NCBI GenBank assembly: GCA_043814965.1
Contig: JBDRJN010000006.1
Coordinates: 7,838-71,837, forward strand
Origin: Candidatus Omnitrophota bacterium
Lineage (GTDB): Bacteria > Omnitrophota > Gorgyraeia > Gorgyraeales > Gorgyraeaceae
DNA: 64,000 bases
Direction: 5' to 3'
The notes below the pieces were generated by a model that saw nothing but the letters and a program-made list of their open reading frames with translations, was not told where the DNA came from and made no database searches. Within the stretch, counting starts at the first letter, position 1. The number at the start of each line of letters is the position of its first letter. This document shows positions 51,001-54,000 of the stretch, piece after piece. The translations under genes were made by a program, and so were the position numbers.

Positions 51001-54000
51001 GGCCGCTAAAAAGCATCATAGAGGATATACGTAACGGCTTGAGATCCATAAAAGACGATATATTTAAAGATAAATATAATATAAATAATGATCCTATAGA
51101 GCTTACTACACGAAAGAACTTTGAGGAGATCACCGAGAGATTCGAAGGCATAATAAAACACGGCAAGGTCTCTTCATCTGAGAAATTGCGGGATAAGATA
51201 ATACTTCTTACTATCAAGACGCCTCCTTTAAGGAATATGGCAGTATGGACGCTTAATAATATAAGTTCACGTCCAGCGCTGAGAGAAAGGCTTTCATTTA
51301 TACTTCCCATGCTGAAGTGGCTTCAGTCAAAATTTATAATCCCTGTATCAAGTAACCTTGAAGAGGCGACATATGAAGCAGAAAAAGTGATCCTTGATAA
51401 TAGGAAGAATGGCATTGGCCTTACACTTGACAGCGTCGGAGATGCTGTGCATTCAGAGGAAGAAGCAAAGCTGCATGTCGATCATTATCTCAGCATGATA
51501 AGGAATCTCGGGCCTAAAGCAAAGGACTGGGAGAAAAATGAATCTCTCGACAATGTAGAAAGGCTTCATTTTTCAGTAAAGCTTAGCGCTATTGTATATG
51601 ACGCGTGGAAAAAGAAAGGAAGAGGGTTCGCTAATAAATCAAAGATAAAAGAGACACTTAAGACACTTATAAGAGAAGCTAGCATTTACAATGCCTTTAT
51701 CCGCATTGACCTTGAAGAATACGGATACCGCGATACTACCATGGATATCTATAAGGAAGTCATTGAAGATCTTGCCAAGGAGGATGAGAATACCGTGGTA
51801 AGTGATGACAGGGGCACATTGAGGGTAGGGGTCGTAGTGCAGGCATATCTAAAAGATTCAGGAAAAGTCTTAAATGACTTATTGAACTGGGGAGAGACGT
51901 ATCATTATCGCGTGCCAATAAGGCTAGTAAAAGGCGCGTATGACGACAAGGAAAAGAAATGGGCAAGAGGCGAGTATAAAGAGGGCGAAGATGTATTTAA
52001 TGGAGGCAGGCCCTACCCAAGCCCTGTATTCAGGGAAAAGGAATCCACAGACGCTCATTATGAACTATTGAGTGAATATCTTATCATGAATAATGATAGG
52101 TTCCAGACAGCTATTGCATCGCACAATATCCGCTCTATATCACACGCAATGAGCCTTGCTGAAAATTATGAAGTTGATAAAAAGGATATTGAAATACAGA
52201 TGCTTTATGGCATGGGAGACCCTGTGAAATATGCTATCAGAGATCTAGGTTATCGTATTCGCGCGTATGCTCCTATAGGCTCATTTATAGAAGGTATGAA
52301 ATACTCGGGCCGACGCCTTAAAGAGCTTGCGAATAAGAGCAATGCGCTTACTAAGACCATGGCATGTGATTATAGATTCTTGAGAAGATTGAAAAAGGCC
52401 CCTAAATTCCAGTATGGCGACAGCCCTATTTATGTAGCAGAGGAATTTGTGGGAACACTTGAAGGGAGAAAAGAGGAGCTGCGCCTTAATAAAGCAAGAA
52501 GATGGTATGAGATATTCCCGTATAGTTTTATTATTGAGCATCCGTCTATCTTAGTATCGTGGCTCAATCATATACCTAACGCGGTCTTATATGGTTTTAT
52601 AAAACAGTTATTCCAGCCTTTTAATTATAAGTCCAGGGAGTTGGTGGATGAGTTGAGGCACAGCCTAAGACAAGAAAGGACATACAGCGCATTTATACTG
52701 TTGGATAAGATAAAAAAGATCACAAATAGAAGGTCACTTAAGTACTTATTGAATATTCTGTTCGATAAAACCATAAACAGCGAAAAGTATGAAGAAGTAA
52801 TATTAGAGATCAGAGACCATATCCAGCATATAAGGCATAAGCTTTATGCGTATAATGTAAAAAAAGATGCAAAGAACATGAAATACGATGAATACGACGA
52901 TATAAAGAAAGATTATCCATTTTTCTTTGATGATAATCAAGGCACATACCAGCATTTACGAAAGATAGCAAGCTATAAAGTGAGAAAATATAGAAGCATG
53001 AAAGGCAGTATAAATATATGGATCCCCGGGGGAGTGTCATTCTTTGAAGACGGGCCCAAGATACCATCTGCGTATATGGCAGCTATAATATTCCTGGAAG
53101 AAGCAAGGAAACAGGGATTAAAAGGCGAAGAGTTGGAGGAATTTAAAAAGGACCTTAATATTACTGTTACAGATGGCAATAAAGACGCGCTTTTACATGG
53201 CGAGATAGGGTCTTTTAATATCAATGCATTTATAAAAGAAAGCAGGCCTCTTACAAAAGAGGATAAAGAGATAGTCGAGAGATATTTTGATATCACAAAA
53301 GCTAGCGGGAGGTTAAAGGTAAAGCAAGATATAAGAGATATAATAAAATGCAAGAATGAACTATCTGTAAATTATATAAGGCCAGGGTTTTTTGATATTA
53401 TCATAGATCAGTTCGTTGAAACCAAGATAGAGATGCGCAATGAAGGGGACCGCTGGCCGATCCTAAATAACATACGTGTCGGAAACTTCATAGAAAGCCT
53501 TAAAATAGACGGAGATATCATCACTACGGGGGACAAGGGTTTTGAAGATAGTTCTTTTTTAAGAGGATATTCCAGTAAACTTCCTGTAAGCAGTTATTTC
53601 GGGGGAGAGAAATTGGAAGGATTTGCAAGGGTATACCAGAAGACATCACCTGCGTTTTACGATAACTGGCGGGACTTTGCTGCTGAGATCAATATGTTTA
53701 AAATTATTAAAAAGGATGGGATTAAATTAATGGATATCAGCCGGAAGATATTGGATACAGCATATGACTTGGCAGAGTTTGTTCATGGAGGACAGATAAG
53801 GACCAATAATAAAGAACCATATATGGAACATCTTGTAAGGACCACTATGATGCTCAGGGATGTATTCAATGTATTGGATAGATTCAAGGTCTCAGAACAT
53901 ACAAAAGTAGACCTATCAGGGTTATCCAATGATGAGATAAGACAGATAGATGACCTGTCAAGCGAGATAATATCTTCGATCGCGCTATTACATGATTCAG

